A DNA stretch of 64,000 nucleotides from a bacterium (lineage in GTDB: Bacteria > Zhuqueibacterota > Zhuqueibacteria > Residuimicrobiales > Krinioviventaceae), in contig CAXXFV010000003.1 of assembly GCA_963674595.2 (NCBI GenBank), positions 256,001 to 320,000 of the forward strand, read 5' to 3'. Shown piece after piece: positions 45,038 through 55,711 of the stretch. The notes beneath the pieces are model-generated. The model was not told the origin of the DNA. It did no database searches and saw nothing but the letters and a program-made list of their open reading frames with translations. Each line of letters starts with the position of its first letter. Positions within the stretch are counted from its first letter, which is position 1. The translations under genes were made by a program, and so were the position numbers.

Positions 45038-46333
45038 ATGGATTGGCCTGTTATTGTTTTAATTACAAGTTTTCTTATATTTTTAGTATTAAATGTACCC
45101 ATAGCTGTTTCAATCGGTCTGTCATCGCTGTTGACCATTTTTACAATCGGAGGCATACCGGCATTTTTAACTATTGCACACAAAATTGCAACAGGAATAG
45201 ACAGTTTTGCATTGTTAGCTATACCATTTTTTATCCTGGCAGGACAACTAATGGGCCAGGGCGGAATTGCCAAACGTTTAATCGATTTTGCCAACGTGCT
45301 TGTCGGTAGATTTCCAGGCGGACTGTCCTTTGTCAACATTCTGACCTGCATGCTCTTTGGTGCAATATCCGGCTCTGCTGTTGCGGCCGTTTCGAGTGTT
45401 GGTGGTTTTATGATTCCGCTGATGAATAAAGAAGGTTATCACCGTGACTTTAATGCCTCTGTCACTATTACGGCGGCAACAACCGGTCTTCTTATTCCTC
45501 CGAGCAATGTAATGATTGTTTACTCCCTGGCTACAGGTGGTGCAGTTTCCATTGCCGCCATATTCCTGGCCGGATTTCTGCCGGGAATTTTAATGGGGCT
45601 TGGTTTAATGGTTGTCAGTGGATTCATATCCGTTAAAAATGGCTATGGTAAAGGTGTAACCTTTGGTTTTCAGGAAAGTATTAAAAGATTTCTAATCGCT
45701 ATCCCGGCACTGTTTTTAGTTGTACTGGTCCTTGGCGGTATTCTGGCCGGATATTTCACAGCCACGGAAGCCTCTGCTATTGCCGTTGTTTATGCGCTTA
45801 TTTTATCCGTCTTTGTTTATCGTGAAGTTAAAATAAAAGATTTACCCAAAATTTTCCTTCAGGCAGGAATCACTACCTCTGTTGTATTTCTATTAATTGG
45901 CACATCTATGGCCATGTCCTATGTTCTTGCTTATGAAAATATCCCCCAAAATATTAGCGCTGCGCTGCTGAGTATCACGCAAAACAAAATTATAATTTTA
46001 TTAATTATTAATTTATTATTATTGTTTGTCGGAACTTTTATGGATATGACGCCCGCAGTCCTTATTTTTACCCCTATTTTCCTCCCAATCGTTACAGGGC
46101 TGGGTGTGCATCCTATCCATTTTGGCATTCTGATGATTATGAATTTATGTATAGGCATTTGTACTCCACCTGTAGGTTCATGCCTTTTTGTAGGGTGTGG
46201 TATTGCCGAAACAACAATTACCAAAGTCATTCGCCATATTCTTCCATTTTTTATGGCAATGATAATCGTACTGTTTATAGTTACCTATATCCCTGCTATT
46301 TCTCTGATCGTACCAAAACTTTTTGGATTTTAA
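45038..46333 (+). CDS. dctM: TRAP transporter large permease
   Basis: LAIPFFILAG, FGAISGSAVA, LIPPS, FTATEA, GICTPPVG. Confidence 0.95.
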   Translation: MDWPVIVLITSFLIFLVLNVPIAVSIGLSSLLTIFTIGGIPAFLTIAHKIATGIDSFALLAIPFFILAGQLMGQGGIAKRLIDFANVLVGRFPGGLSFVNILTCMLFGAISGSAVAAVSSVGGFMIPLMNKEGYHRDFNASVTITAATTGLLIPPSNVMIVYSLATGGAVSIAAIFLAGFLPGILMGLGLMVVSGFISVKNGYGKGVTFGFQESIKRFLIAIPALFLVVLVLGGILAGYFTATEASAIAVVYALILSVFVYREVKIKDLPKIFLQAGITTSVVFLLIGTSMAMSYVLAYENIPQNISAALLSITQNKIIILLIINLLLLFVGTFMDMTPAVLIFTPIFLPIVTGLGVHPIHFGILMIMNLCIGICTPPVGSCLFVGCGIAETTITKVIRHILPFFMAMIIVLFIVTYIPAISLIVPKLFGF

Positions 46334-46336
46334 AAC

Positions 46337-46368
46337 AAAACGCCGGAATATAAAAACCGGCGTTTTTT
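46337..46368 (+). terminator. Hairpin/terminator after dctM
   Basis: AAAACGCCGG-10nt-CCGGCGTTTT(TT). Confidence 0.65.
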
Positions 46369-46379
46369 AACTACAAAAA

Positions 46380-46396
46380 TTAAAGCGGTTCAAATT
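46380..46396. promoter_or_regulatory. Second copy of the LacI-family operator, abutting the regulator ATG
   Basis: TTAAAGCGGTTCAAATT matches the reverse complement of 43458-43474 (TTAAACCGGTTCAAATT) at 16/17. Confidence 0.78.
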
Positions 46397-47434
46397 ATGG
46401 CAATTACAATTTCCGACATTGCACGGATTGCAGGTGTCTCTCGTGCAACTGTTTCCGGTGTTCTTAATAACAATCCATCTGTTAGTGAAAAAACCAGGCA
46501 ACGAATACTAACAATTATCAAAGAGCATGATTACAGACCAAATGAAATCGCTCGGGCATTAGCCTTAAATCAAACAGATATTATCGGACTTATTGTTAAA
46601 GATATTTCAAATCCCCTATATAGTAAAATTGCATTGGGTGTTGAAGAGACCTGTGCAAAAATGGGGTATTCAGTCATTATTGGTAACACTCAAAAAGATA
46701 TTCAACGCGAAATTTCACACATAAATCTGCTGAAAAGACGACGTGTAGACGGGCTCATTATTTTTCCATTGCAGCGAGGTGCAGATCTGGGTCATCTTTT
46801 TGAACTCAAAGAAGAAAATTATCCTTTTGTTCTTCTTGCTGAAGTTCCCGGTATAAAAGCAGACCTTGTCCGTTCGGATGATCAACCCGGCGCCTATCAG
46901 GCCACTAAACACCTGATAAATCTGGGTAGAAAACATATCGCTTACATAACAGGGCCGCAAAACGCCCTGGCAAATGACAGAAGACTTGGCTCCTATAAGC
47001 AGGCGCTCAATGATCACAATTTATCTTTAAATGAAGAACTGATACGTCCTGGCGGCTGGAGACGGAGTGACGGCTATAAAGCCGGTAAATTAATGCTAAA
47101 CGAGCTAAAAGAATATCCGGATGGTGCATTTTGTTACAACGATGCGGTTGCAATTGGTTTCATAAGAGCATTAGTTGAACATGGATTACGAATTCCCCAG
47201 GATGTGGCTATCGTCGGGTTTGATGATGCCGGTTCTGCCGCATATTTGGAGACAGCATTAACTACAGTAGAACAGCCCGCCAAAGAAATTGGAAACAAGG
47301 CCGCTCAATTGCTTGTAGAGCGGATTAAAAATAAAAAAGAACAACAGAGAACTAAAAAGATACTTTTACCCACATCATTAGTTATTCGTGAATCATGCGG
47401 TGCCAATGAAAAAGGTTCGGTTAAAGTATTCTAA
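46397..47434 (+). CDS. LacI family transcriptional regulator (hexuronate cluster)
   Basis: ITISDIARIAGVSRATVS, YRPNEIARAL, IVGFDD, LTTV, LVIRESC. Confidence 0.95.
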   Translation: MAITISDIARIAGVSRATVSGVLNNNPSVSEKTRQRILTIIKEHDYRPNEIARALALNQTDIIGLIVKDISNPLYSKIALGVEETCAKMGYSVIIGNTQKDIQREISHINLLKRRRVDGLIIFPLQRGADLGHLFELKEENYPFVLLAEVPGIKADLVRSDDQPGAYQATKHLINLGRKHIAYITGPQNALANDRRLGSYKQALNDHNLSLNEELIRPGGWRRSDGYKAGKLMLNELKEYPDGAFCYNDAVAIGFIRALVEHGLRIPQDVAIVGFDDAGSAAYLETALTTVEQPAKEIGNKAAQLLVERIKNKKEQQRTKKILLPTSLVIRESCGANEKGSVKVF

Positions 47435-47455
47435 GACAACAAAAAGGGTCTATCT

Positions 47456-48997
47456 ATGAAAAGCGATCAACAACTACAAGAATTGATGAATCAAATAAAA
47501 ACTCAATTTGACATCAAAATTGAAAAATATTATGAAACATCTTTGGTCGATAAAGATCAACAGAATTATGTGCTTTTAAAAACTGAAACCAGTAAAAAAT
47601 TGTTGGTATGGGGTCAGGAAGCGGATGCTCAGTTTAAGGGCGAGTCTGTTCAGTTAAAAATAGGTGATGTTGATTATGATGTAAAACTGTGCCCGCTTAC
47701 CCATGAAAATAGTTTAATAATGAGAAAAGTCTTTCCCTGGACAGGTCCAAAAACGGTTGGGTTACAAACGAGTTTCGGTGCCGGAGACAGAATTGGTGTT
47801 GCAACCCCCGGTCATATCAGAGCGCTGAAACAATACAACATCGTTCCGGTAATTGCCCAACAATCCATTCGCGAAATGAACCGAACGGTCCGTACATCAG
47901 AAGAGGTTATGGATGATGTTACCTGGGCTGTTTTTCAGGAAGGATATAAAGATGGATTCGGTTCTGACGCTGATCACCTTAAAACAGAACAGGATATTCA
48001 AAATACATTTGCAGCCGGATTTACAGGCTTTACCGTTGATCCATCCGACCATATAAATAATGAGGCAGACACATTAACTTCGGATGATCTTGAAAAAGCA
48101 TATCTTGGCGTATTTGATTCACCTGAATCAGCACAGGAGTTTTTAAAAAAATATGCTAATAACGAGGTCACGGTAAAAGGTAATGACAGATCATTAACTC
48201 TTTTTATCCCGGAAGAAGAAGTCAAAAGACTGGCCGTAAAATATATGACGGCAATCAAACATACCATCAACTGTTATAACCTTTTAAAGTCTCTTCATGG
48301 TGATAAGGAATTTGATTTTGAAATGTCGGTAGACGAAACAGAAACACCAACAACAGTAGCTGCCCATTATATCGTAGCAAACGAATTAGCCAAAGCTGAG
48401 GTACAGTGCACTTCGTTGGCGCCGAGGTTTATTGGTGAATTTCAAAAAGCAATCGATTATATCGGTGATGTCGATACGTTCCGCCAGCAGCTTATCGATC
48501 ATGTAACAATTTCTCAACATTTTGGCGGCTACAAAATCAGCATCCATTCCGGAAGTGATAAATACTCTATCTTTCCGATTGTTGGTGAAGAAACAAAAGG
48601 CGTATTTCATGAAAAAACAGCCGGCACAAGTTATCTTGAAGCATTACGAATTGTCAGCCGACATGATACAAAGTTGTTCCGTGAGATCGCCGTATTTGCA
48701 CGCGAAAAATTTGAAAAAGAACGTTTTTCCTATCATGTAACAACAGATATGAAAAAAGTTCCGACTGTAGATCAACTGACCGATGCTCAACTGGAATCCA
48801 TGCTGAACGAAGACGATGCAAGACAGGTACTGCATATCACTTTTGGTGGTACGTTGACGGAAAAGGATGCAAACGGTAATTATATTTTCAGAAATCGTAT
48901 TCTGGATGTTTTACACAAACAGGAAGAAGAACATTATAACGTTCTGGAAACTCTTTTTATAAAACATATTGAAGCATTTGGCGTTACAAAAAAATAA
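47456..48997 (+). CDS. uxaE: Tagaturonate/fructuronate epimerase
   Basis: SFGAGDRIG.ATPGH, AQQSIREM.RT, FGSDADHLK, FEMSVDET, APRFIGEFQKAIDY, KISIHSGSDK, KTAGTSYLEALR, RQVLHIT. Confidence 0.92.
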   Translation: MKSDQQLQELMNQIKTQFDIKIEKYYETSLVDKDQQNYVLLKTETSKKLLVWGQEADAQFKGESVQLKIGDVDYDVKLCPLTHENSLIMRKVFPWTGPKTVGLQTSFGAGDRIGVATPGHIRALKQYNIVPVIAQQSIREMNRTVRTSEEVMDDVTWAVFQEGYKDGFGSDADHLKTEQDIQNTFAAGFTGFTVDPSDHINNEADTLTSDDLEKAYLGVFDSPESAQEFLKKYANNEVTVKGNDRSLTLFIPEEEVKRLAVKYMTAIKHTINCYNLLKSLHGDKEFDFEMSVDETETPTTVAAHYIVANELAKAEVQCTSLAPRFIGEFQKAIDYIGDVDTFRQQLIDHVTISQHFGGYKISIHSGSDKYSIFPIVGEETKGVFHEKTAGTSYLEALRIVSRHDTKLFREIAVFAREKFEKERFSYHVTTDMKKVPTVDQLTDAQLESMLNEDDARQVLHITFGGTLTEKDANGNYIFRNRILDVLHKQEEEHYNVLETLFIKHIEAFGVTKK

Positions 48998-49009
48998 CCG
49001 GAGGAAATT

Positions 49010-49789
49010 TTGAGTTATATTGAAAACATTTTTAGTTTAAAAGGTAAAGTTGCAGCGGTTATCGGCGGCGGTGGTGTCTTGGCCGGCGCTATGGCAGAAG
49101 GTTTGGCAAAAGCCGGAGCTGACATAGCCATTCTGGACTTGAACCCGGAAAATGCAAAAAACACAGCGGATAAAATGAGTGCGCATGGTGTAAAATCACT
49201 GCCCATTGCTGTTAATGCAACATCCAAAGAAGAATTGACTAAAGCAGAAGAACAGATCAGAAAAGAGCTGGGTGCCACATCCATTCTTATTAATGCACCC
49301 GGAATCAACTCGTCCACACCGTTTTTCGAAATTGCAGAAGAAGAATGGGACAAAATTATACAGGTAAACCTGAAAAGCATTTTTATGGCCAGTCAAATTT
49401 TCGGTAAAAAAATGATTGAGAATAATTTAAAAGGAAGCATTATAAATATTTCATCAGCTTCCTCAGGACCGCCTCTGTCTAAAGTTTTTACCTATAGCAT
49501 TAGTAAAGCCGGTATAAATAACATGACACAGTTTTTAGCTAAAGAATGGGCAACGCAGGGTATACGCGTTAATGCAATTGCACCCGGATTTTTTCCGGCA
49601 GAACAAAACAGAAAAATCCTGACAAAAGAACGTGTAGCATCCATTATGGGGCATACCCCAATGGACCGTTTCGGTGAAGCTGAAGAGCTTGTCGGCGCAA
49701 CCATTTGGTTGGCCTCTGAAAAGGCCTCCTCATTTGTTACAGGTGCTATTGTCAGAGTCGATGGTGGATTTACAGCAATGACGATATAA
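49010..49789 (+). CDS. uxuB: SDR oxidoreductase, probable fructuronate reductase / D-mannonate oxidoreductase
   Basis: GGGGVLAG, PLSKVFTYSISK, RVNAIAPGFFPAEQNR, HTPMDRFG motifs of the SDR-type UxuB group; context. Confidence 0.72.
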   Translation: MSYIENIFSLKGKVAAVIGGGGVLAGAMAEGLAKAGADIAILDLNPENAKNTADKMSAHGVKSLPIAVNATSKEELTKAEEQIRKELGATSILINAPGINSSTPFFEIAEEEWDKIIQVNLKSIFMASQIFGKKMIENNLKGSIINISSASSGPPLSKVFTYSISKAGINNMTQFLAKEWATQGIRVNAIAPGFFPAEQNRKILTKERVASIMGHTPMDRFGEAEELVGATIWLASEKASSFVTGAIVRVDGGFTAMTI

Positions 49790-49863
49790 TTATTTTAGGA
49801 ATGTCAATAATAATTTATAAAAATAAACAACTAAACTTGAAACAAGAATTTGGAGTCATTTAA

Positions 49864-51318
49864 ATGAGTACTTTTGACATTGGACTTGTCGGGCTCGCCG
49901 TTATGGGTGAGAATTTGGTTTTAAATATGGAAAATCACGGTTTTTCAGTTGCCGTATTCAACAGAACAACAAGCAAGGTTGACAATTTTGTAAACGGCCG
50001 TGCAAAAGGCAAAAACATTAAAGGCTGTTATTCTATTGAAGAGTTGATTGCCAATTTAAAACGACCACGCAAAATCATGTTAATGGTTAAAGCCGGTGCA
50101 GCAGTAGACAGTTTTATAGAAATGCTGCTTCCGCATTTGGAAAAAGGCGACATTATCATTGACGGCGGTAACAGCCATTTTCCGGATACCATGCGACGAA
50201 CAAATTATCTTGAAGAAAAAGGTGTTCTTTTTATCGGTACCGGTGTTTCCGGCGGCGAAGAAGGCGCATTAACCGGTCCTTCAATTATGCCGGGCGGTTC
50301 AACTGAAGCATGGCCGCATGTAAAACCGATTTTTCAGGCAATTGCAGCCAAAGTTTCCGATGGTTCACCCTGCTGCGAATGGGTAGGACGTGATGGTGCA
50401 GGCCATTTTGTTAAAACAGTCCACAATGGCATCGAATACGGTGATATGCAGATGATTTGTGAAGCTTATAATTTGATGAAAAATGTTTTAGGCATGTCTA
50501 CTGAAGAAATGCACAACGTTTTTGGTGAATGGAATAAAGGCGAACTGGACAGTTATTTAATCGAAATTACCCGAGATATTCTGGCTAAAAAAGATGAAGA
50601 AACAAACGAACCGATTGTAGAATTAATTCTTGATACGGCTGGTCAAAAAGGCACCGGTAAATGGACCAGTCAGGCTGCATTGGACCTCGGCATCCCGGCA
50701 CAAACAGTTGCCGAAGCGGTGTTTGCCCGCGCTATGAGTGCTATTAAAGAAGAACGTGTTGCTGCATCCAAAGAGTTAAAAGGACCGGATGCAAAATTTA
50801 CCGGAGATAAAGAAGAATTTGTTGAAATGATCCGTAAAGCATTATACGCTTCAAAAATTTGTTCCTATGCTCAGGGTTACCAGCTCATGCGCGCAGCCGC
50901 AGCAGAATATAACTGGGACCTGAAATATGGTGAAATCGCACTGATGTGGCGCGGCGGATGTATTATTCGCGCTCACTTTTTGGAAAAAATTAAAGCAGCT
51001 TTTGATAAAAAACCGGACCTGGCAAATCTGCTGCTCGATCCGTACTTTAACAATATTATCGAACAAAATCAAAAGGCATGGCGGGCCGTTATTTCCAAAG
51101 CTGTTGAAATTGGTATTCCGGTTCCTGCATTTAACAGCGCCCTGGCTTATTATGACAGTTACCGAAACGAACGTTTACCGGCGAATCTGCTTCAAGCCCA
51201 AAGAGATTACTTTGGCGCACACACTTATGAAAGAATCGACAAACCTAGAGGTGAGTTCTTCCATACAAATTGGACAGGACGCGGTGGCACTACTTCAGCA
51301 ACAACCTATAACGCTTAG
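49864..51318 (+). CDS. gndA: 6-phosphogluconate dehydrogenase, decarboxylating (NADP)
   Basis: [51 protein letters not shown]. Confidence 0.97.
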   Translation: MSTFDIGLVGLAVMGENLVLNMENHGFSVAVFNRTTSKVDNFVNGRAKGKNIKGCYSIEELIANLKRPRKIMLMVKAGAAVDSFIEMLLPHLEKGDIIIDGGNSHFPDTMRRTNYLEEKGVLFIGTGVSGGEEGALTGPSIMPGGSTEAWPHVKPIFQAIAAKVSDGSPCCEWVGRDGAGHFVKTVHNGIEYGDMQMICEAYNLMKNVLGMSTEEMHNVFGEWNKGELDSYLIEITRDILAKKDEETNEPIVELILDTAGQKGTGKWTSQAALDLGIPAQTVAEAVFARAMSAIKEERVAASKELKGPDAKFTGDKEEFVEMIRKALYASKICSYAQGYQLMRAAAAEYNWDLKYGEIALMWRGGCIIRAHFLEKIKAAFDKKPDLANLLLDPYFNNIIEQNQKAWRAVISKAVEIGIPVPAFNSALAYYDSYRNERLPANLLQAQRDYFGAHTYERIDKPRGEFFHTNWTGRGGTTSATTYNA

Positions 51319-51335
51319 TGTCTGTTCACTGAATG

Positions 51336-51363
51336 ATTCGGCCCGTTCGATTACGGGCCGAAT
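51336..51363 (+). terminator. Internal hairpin after gnd (terminator or stabiliser)
   Basis: ATTCGGCCCGT-6nt-ACGGGCCGAAT. Confidence 0.6.
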
Positions 51364-51389
51364 ATTATTTTATATATTATGTGAGAAAA

Positions 51390-52157
51390 ATGAATACCAA
51401 TTTTAATTTAGAAAATAAAACAGCTCTGATAACAGGAGCCAGCCGTGGTTTGGGTAAAGCTGTTTCACTGGCTTTTGCCGACGCAGGTGCAGACATTGTT
51501 CTGGTTTCGCGAGGTGAAAAAGCTTTGCTCAAAGTGAAAGCAGAAATTGAATTAAAAAACAAAAAAGCCTGGATATTTACGCACGATTTTTCAGATACGC
51601 AGGCCATCCCTGAACTTTATGACAGAATTTTAGAACAAACAAAATCCATTGACATTATTGTCAATGCAGCCGGAATGATCTTCAGGACCGATGCAGCCGA
51701 TTTTCCGTTGGAAGAATGGAATAAAATTCTGGCCGTTAACCTGACGGCCCCTTTTGTCCTGAGCCAGTGTTTTGCAAAATCCTGTATGAAACAACAAAAA
51801 CCAGGAAAAATCATCAACTTTGCTTCTCTGCTCAGCAGAGCGGCGCGACCGTCTCTTCCGGCATATACGGCGAGCAAGGGCGGTATTGTTCAGTTAACAG
51901 CAGCGCTGGCTGTTGAATGGGCGGAGCATCGTATTAATGTCAATGCCATCGGCCCCGGATATTTTGAAACAGAAATGACACGGCCGTTGTCTGAAGATAA
52001 AGAATTTTCAGAATGGGTCAAACAACGTACGCCCATGAATCGTTGGGGACAGCCGTCCGAGCTGACAGGTACGGCCGTCTTTTTAGCATCCGAAGCATCA
52101 AATTTTATTACCGGACAGACGATTTATGTAGACGGCGGCTGGCTGGCCAATTTATAA
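51390..52157 (+). CDS. SDR, KduD / gluconate 5-dehydrogenase family
   Basis: TGASRGLG, YTASKGG, NVNAIGPGYFETE, RTPMNRWG, VDGGWL; likely ATG 51390. Confidence 0.8.
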   Translation: MNTNFNLENKTALITGASRGLGKAVSLAFADAGADIVLVSRGEKALLKVKAEIELKNKKAWIFTHDFSDTQAIPELYDRILEQTKSIDIIVNAAGMIFRTDAADFPLEEWNKILAVNLTAPFVLSQCFAKSCMKQQKPGKIINFASLLSRAARPSLPAYTASKGGIVQLTAALAVEWAEHRINVNAIGPGYFETEMTRPLSEDKEFSEWVKQRTPMNRWGQPSELTGTAVFLASEASNFITGQTIYVDGGWLANL

Positions 52158-52181
52158 ACATATATTTCAGGAAAAAATATA

Positions 52182-53450
52182 ATGATCGGACAAGGATTCA
52201 CAGATAAAAATTTAAATGAACAGCAGGTTCAGGAACTTTGCCGACAGGCTTTTGAAGAGAATAAAAACCTGCTTGAAGGGAAAAAAGTATTGGCCATTAT
52301 TCCGGACCATTCCCGAACCGCGCCAATTGATATAATGTTTCGCACTTTTTATAACCTGTTGGCAGATAAAGTTAAAAATCTTGATTTTATCATTGCCTTA
52401 GGGACCCATCCGCCTATGACGGAAGAAATGATTTATCAGCGTGTGGGTATAACCGCAGAACAGCATCAAAACGTGTACTCAAAAGCACGTTTTTTCAATC
52501 ATCACTGGGACGACCCCGCGCAACTGGCGAATATCGGGACAATTTCAGCAAAACAAGTTGCCGAAATATCCAACGGACTTTTGAATGAAAAAGTTGATGT
52601 AACAATCAATAAAATGGTGCTGGATTATGATGTTCTCTTCATCATTGGCCCGACGTTCCCGCACGAAGTTGTGGGATTTTCAGGCGGAAATAAATATTTA
52701 TTTCCGGGTATCGGCGGAAAAGAAATTATCGACATGTTTCACTGGCTGGGCGCTTTAATAACCAATCCGGCAATTATAGGGACAAAATACACACCCGTCC
52801 GTAAAGTTGTGGACATCGCCGCTGCATTTTTACCGGTTCCTCGCTTATGTGCAAGTCTGGTTGTGAAGGGAACCGACCTTGCCGGTTTATATATCGGTAC
52901 CCCGGAAGAGGCCTGGGCTTCCGCATCAAATTTATCAGATAAATTACATATTGTATATAAGGACCATCCTTTTAAAAGTGTTTTATCATGTGCACCTGCC
53001 ATGTACGATGAAATATGGACAGGCGGTAAATGCATGTACAAGCTGGAACCCGTTGTAGCAGATGGCGGGGAACTGATTATTTATGCTCCTCATATCAGCG
53101 AGGTTTCCATCACACATGGAAAAATTATCGAACAAATCGGTTACCATGTTCGAGATTATTTTACAAAACAGCCTGAAAAATTTGCCGATATTCCGGGCGG
53201 TGTTAAAGCACATTCAACACATGTCAGGGGTGTCGGTACATTTGAAAATGGCATAGAAAAACCCAGGGTGCAGGTGACGCTGGCCACAAAAATACCGGAA
53301 GAAACTTGTAAAAAGATTAATCTGGGTTATCGTGATCCGGATTCGATTGACGTTTCCGAGTGGCAGGACCGGGAAGATGAAGGTTATTTATATGTTAAAA
53401 AAGCAGGTGAAATGCTGTATCGGTTAAAAAATGATCCGTTTAAATTATAA
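52182..53450 (+). CDS. LarA-family nickel-pincer hydroxyacid racemase/epimerase (GntE-like candidate)
   Basis: PDHSR, ALGTH, PHEVVGFSGGNK, FHW: positions equivalent to LarA D72/R75, H108, H174, K184, H200. Confidence 0.85.
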   Translation: MIGQGFTDKNLNEQQVQELCRQAFEENKNLLEGKKVLAIIPDHSRTAPIDIMFRTFYNLLADKVKNLDFIIALGTHPPMTEEMIYQRVGITAEQHQNVYSKARFFNHHWDDPAQLANIGTISAKQVAEISNGLLNEKVDVTINKMVLDYDVLFIIGPTFPHEVVGFSGGNKYLFPGIGGKEIIDMFHWLGALITNPAIIGTKYTPVRKVVDIAAAFLPVPRLCASLVVKGTDLAGLYIGTPEEAWASASNLSDKLHIVYKDHPFKSVLSCAPAMYDEIWTGGKCMYKLEPVVADGGELIIYAPHISEVSITHGKIIEQIGYHVRDYFTKQPEKFADIPGGVKAHSTHVRGVGTFENGIEKPRVQVTLATKIPEETCKKINLGYRDPDSIDVSEWQDREDEGYLYVKKAGEMLYRLKNDPFKL

Positions 53451-53483
53451 TTATATATAGATACGATTATTTCGGAGGATAAA

Positions 53484-54776
53484 ATGGCGTTAAATAAAAA
53501 TGTTGTGGTTGCACAATCCGGTGGTCCATCGCCGGTCATTAATAATACCCTTCGCGGTATTATTGAAACGTGCAAAATGTTTCCAGATAAATTTGACAAA
53601 ATCTATGGCGGATGGCATGGTATTGAAGGCGTTCTGAAAGAAGAACTACTGGATATTACCGCACAAACAGAAGAAGAAATCAGTTTATTAAGAACAACAC
53701 CCGCCGCCGGTTCCATCGGTACATGTCGTTACAAACTGAAAGCAAACCAACAGGAAGATTTTGAACGGGTTGTAGAGGTTTTAAAGGCCCATAATATCGG
53801 CTACTTTTTCTACATCGGTGGTAATGATTCCATGGACACGGCAAACAAAATTGCACAAATAGCCCATGAAAAAGGATTGGACCTGATTGCTGTCGGTGGT
53901 TCCAAAACAATCGATAACGACGTAGGTGATTCCGAATTTAAGCTTGTCGATCACACACCCGGTTATGGTTCTGTCGCCAAATACTGGGCCATGAATGTGC
54001 AAAATGCCAATGAAGAAAACATGGGATCCTGCCCGGCTGATCCTGTGCTTGTTATGCAGGTGATGGGACGAAAAATAGGATTTATTCCCGCCGCAGCTCG
54101 TTTGGCAGATGTAAAACGTGAATTACCATTGCAAATTTATATGCCGGAATCAAACCTTACCCTGGATGAACTGACCGACAATGTAAATGACGAATTAGCC
54201 AAAAGCGGCCGTTGTATTGTTGTTGTTAGTGAAGGATTTGACGTTGGTGATCTTGGTGAAATGAAAGACGGATTCGGTCATACCGAATTCAGCGCCAGCA
54301 TGTTTACCGCGCAGCAGATTATCGTTAACCACCTTAATAAAGTGGGTATCAAAGCAAAAGGCGCTGCCAGAGGTCAGGTTGTTGGAACAGACCAGCGTGA
54401 TACAATGATTTACGCTTCAACGGTTGATTTGGATGAAGCCTACAAAGTCGGACAAAATGCCGTTGTTATCGCTGTTGAACACGGATCCGGTTACATGTCA
54501 ACAATCTTGCGCCGACCTGGATTGATTTACAATGTTGATTTTGACAAGGTCCCGCTTGATGAAGTTGCCAATTCTGAACGGGAATTCCCGAAAAACTGGA
54601 TTACGGAAAATAAAATTGACGTAACAGATGATTTTGTAAAATATGCCCGTCCCTTAATCGGAGAAGAATGGGTCAGCGTACCTGTGATAAACGGTATTCA
54701 ACGTTTTGCACGATTTGCACCCATATTTGCAGACAAAAAACTGCCGGCCTATGTGCCGCAAACAGAACGAAAATAA
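53484..54776 (+). CDS. PFK-A family phosphotransferase with PPi-type signature
   Basis: QSGGPSPVIN, GTCRYKL, GGNDS, KTIDND, TPGYGS, MGR, VSEG. Confidence 0.88.
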   Translation: MALNKNVVVAQSGGPSPVINNTLRGIIETCKMFPDKFDKIYGGWHGIEGVLKEELLDITAQTEEEISLLRTTPAAGSIGTCRYKLKANQQEDFERVVEVLKAHNIGYFFYIGGNDSMDTANKIAQIAHEKGLDLIAVGGSKTIDNDVGDSEFKLVDHTPGYGSVAKYWAMNVQNANEENMGSCPADPVLVMQVMGRKIGFIPAAARLADVKRELPLQIYMPESNLTLDELTDNVNDELAKSGRCIVVVSEGFDVGDLGEMKDGFGHTEFSASMFTAQQIIVNHLNKVGIKAKGAARGQVVGTDQRDTMIYASTVDLDEAYKVGQNAVVIAVEHGSGYMSTILRRPGLIYNVDFDKVPLDEVANSEREFPKNWITENKIDVTDDFVKYARPLIGEEWVSVPVINGIQRFARFAPIFADKKLPAYVPQTERK

Positions 54777-54817
54777 AATAACATTTAATATAAGAATTTA
54801 TAAAAAAGGAAAAATAT

Positions 54818-55702
54818 ATGTCAGATCCCCAAGCACCCTTGAAAGATTTGCAGCCAAAACATGAATATTTGGTAGCGATCGACTCGGATGGTTGTGCCTT
54901 TGATACAATGGAAATCAAACACAAAGAATGTTTTATCCCCAATATTATTAAATATTGGGATCTTCAAAGCGTATCCAAATACGCCAGAATGGCGGCCGAA
55001 TTTGTTAACCTGTATTCAAAATGGCGCGGTATTAACCGTTTTCCGGCGTTGACCATGGTTTTTGATCTGCTGCAGGAATGGCCGGATGTTCAAAAACGAC
55101 ATGTTAAAATACCACAGGCACAAGCCGTGCGTGACTGGATAGAACGGGAAACAAAACTGGGAAACCCGGCATTAAAGGCACTTGTTGAAAAAACCAGTGA
55201 TCCGGTACTAACACAAGCCCTTGACTGGAGTGAAGCTGTAAATGCAACCGTAACCGATATGGTGCACGGAGTCCCTCCTTTTCCGTTCGTTAAAGAAAGC
55301 CTGGAAAAAATTTCAGAATGGGCGGACATTATCGTTTGTTCGGCAACCCCAAATGAAGCTTTACAGCGTGAATGGGAAGAACACGACATTGCCAAATACA
55401 CGCGTGTTATTGCAGGCCAGGAAATGGGTAGTAAAAAAGAACATTTAGCTTTTATGACCCAAAATAAATATAAAAGTGATCATGTTCTTATGATTGGCGA
55501 TGCACCGGGAGACCGGAAAGCAGCGGAAGCCAACAATACCCTCTTTTTTCCAATCAAACCCGGTCACGAAGATGAAAGCTGGGAATTCTTTTTAAACAAT
55601 GCCTCGGACAAGTTTAAAAACGGAGCATATACGGCCGAGTATCAGGCAGGGTTAATCAAGGAATTTGAAGCCCTGTTGCCGACGACACCTCCCTGGAAAT
55701 AA
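54818..55702 (+). CDS. HAD family hydrolase (probable sugar-acid phosphatase)
   Basis: IDSDGC motif I, CSAT, K, MIGDAPGD. Confidence 0.85.
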   Translation: MSDPQAPLKDLQPKHEYLVAIDSDGCAFDTMEIKHKECFIPNIIKYWDLQSVSKYARMAAEFVNLYSKWRGINRFPALTMVFDLLQEWPDVQKRHVKIPQAQAVRDWIERETKLGNPALKALVEKTSDPVLTQALDWSEAVNATVTDMVHGVPPFPFVKESLEKISEWADIIVCSATPNEALQREWEEHDIAKYTRVIAGQEMGSKKEHLAFMTQNKYKSDHVLMIGDAPGDRKAAEANNTLFFPIKPGHEDESWEFFLNNASDKFKNGAYTAEYQAGLIKEFEALLPTTPPWK

Positions 55703-55711
55703 TGTTTTATT

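Noticed and set aside
51333-51389. N-terminal extensions in the ORF track (also 43461, 8701, 63434)
   Set aside because: Downstream ATGs fit RBS position, signal peptides or family starts better, and the extensions overlap hairpins or operators
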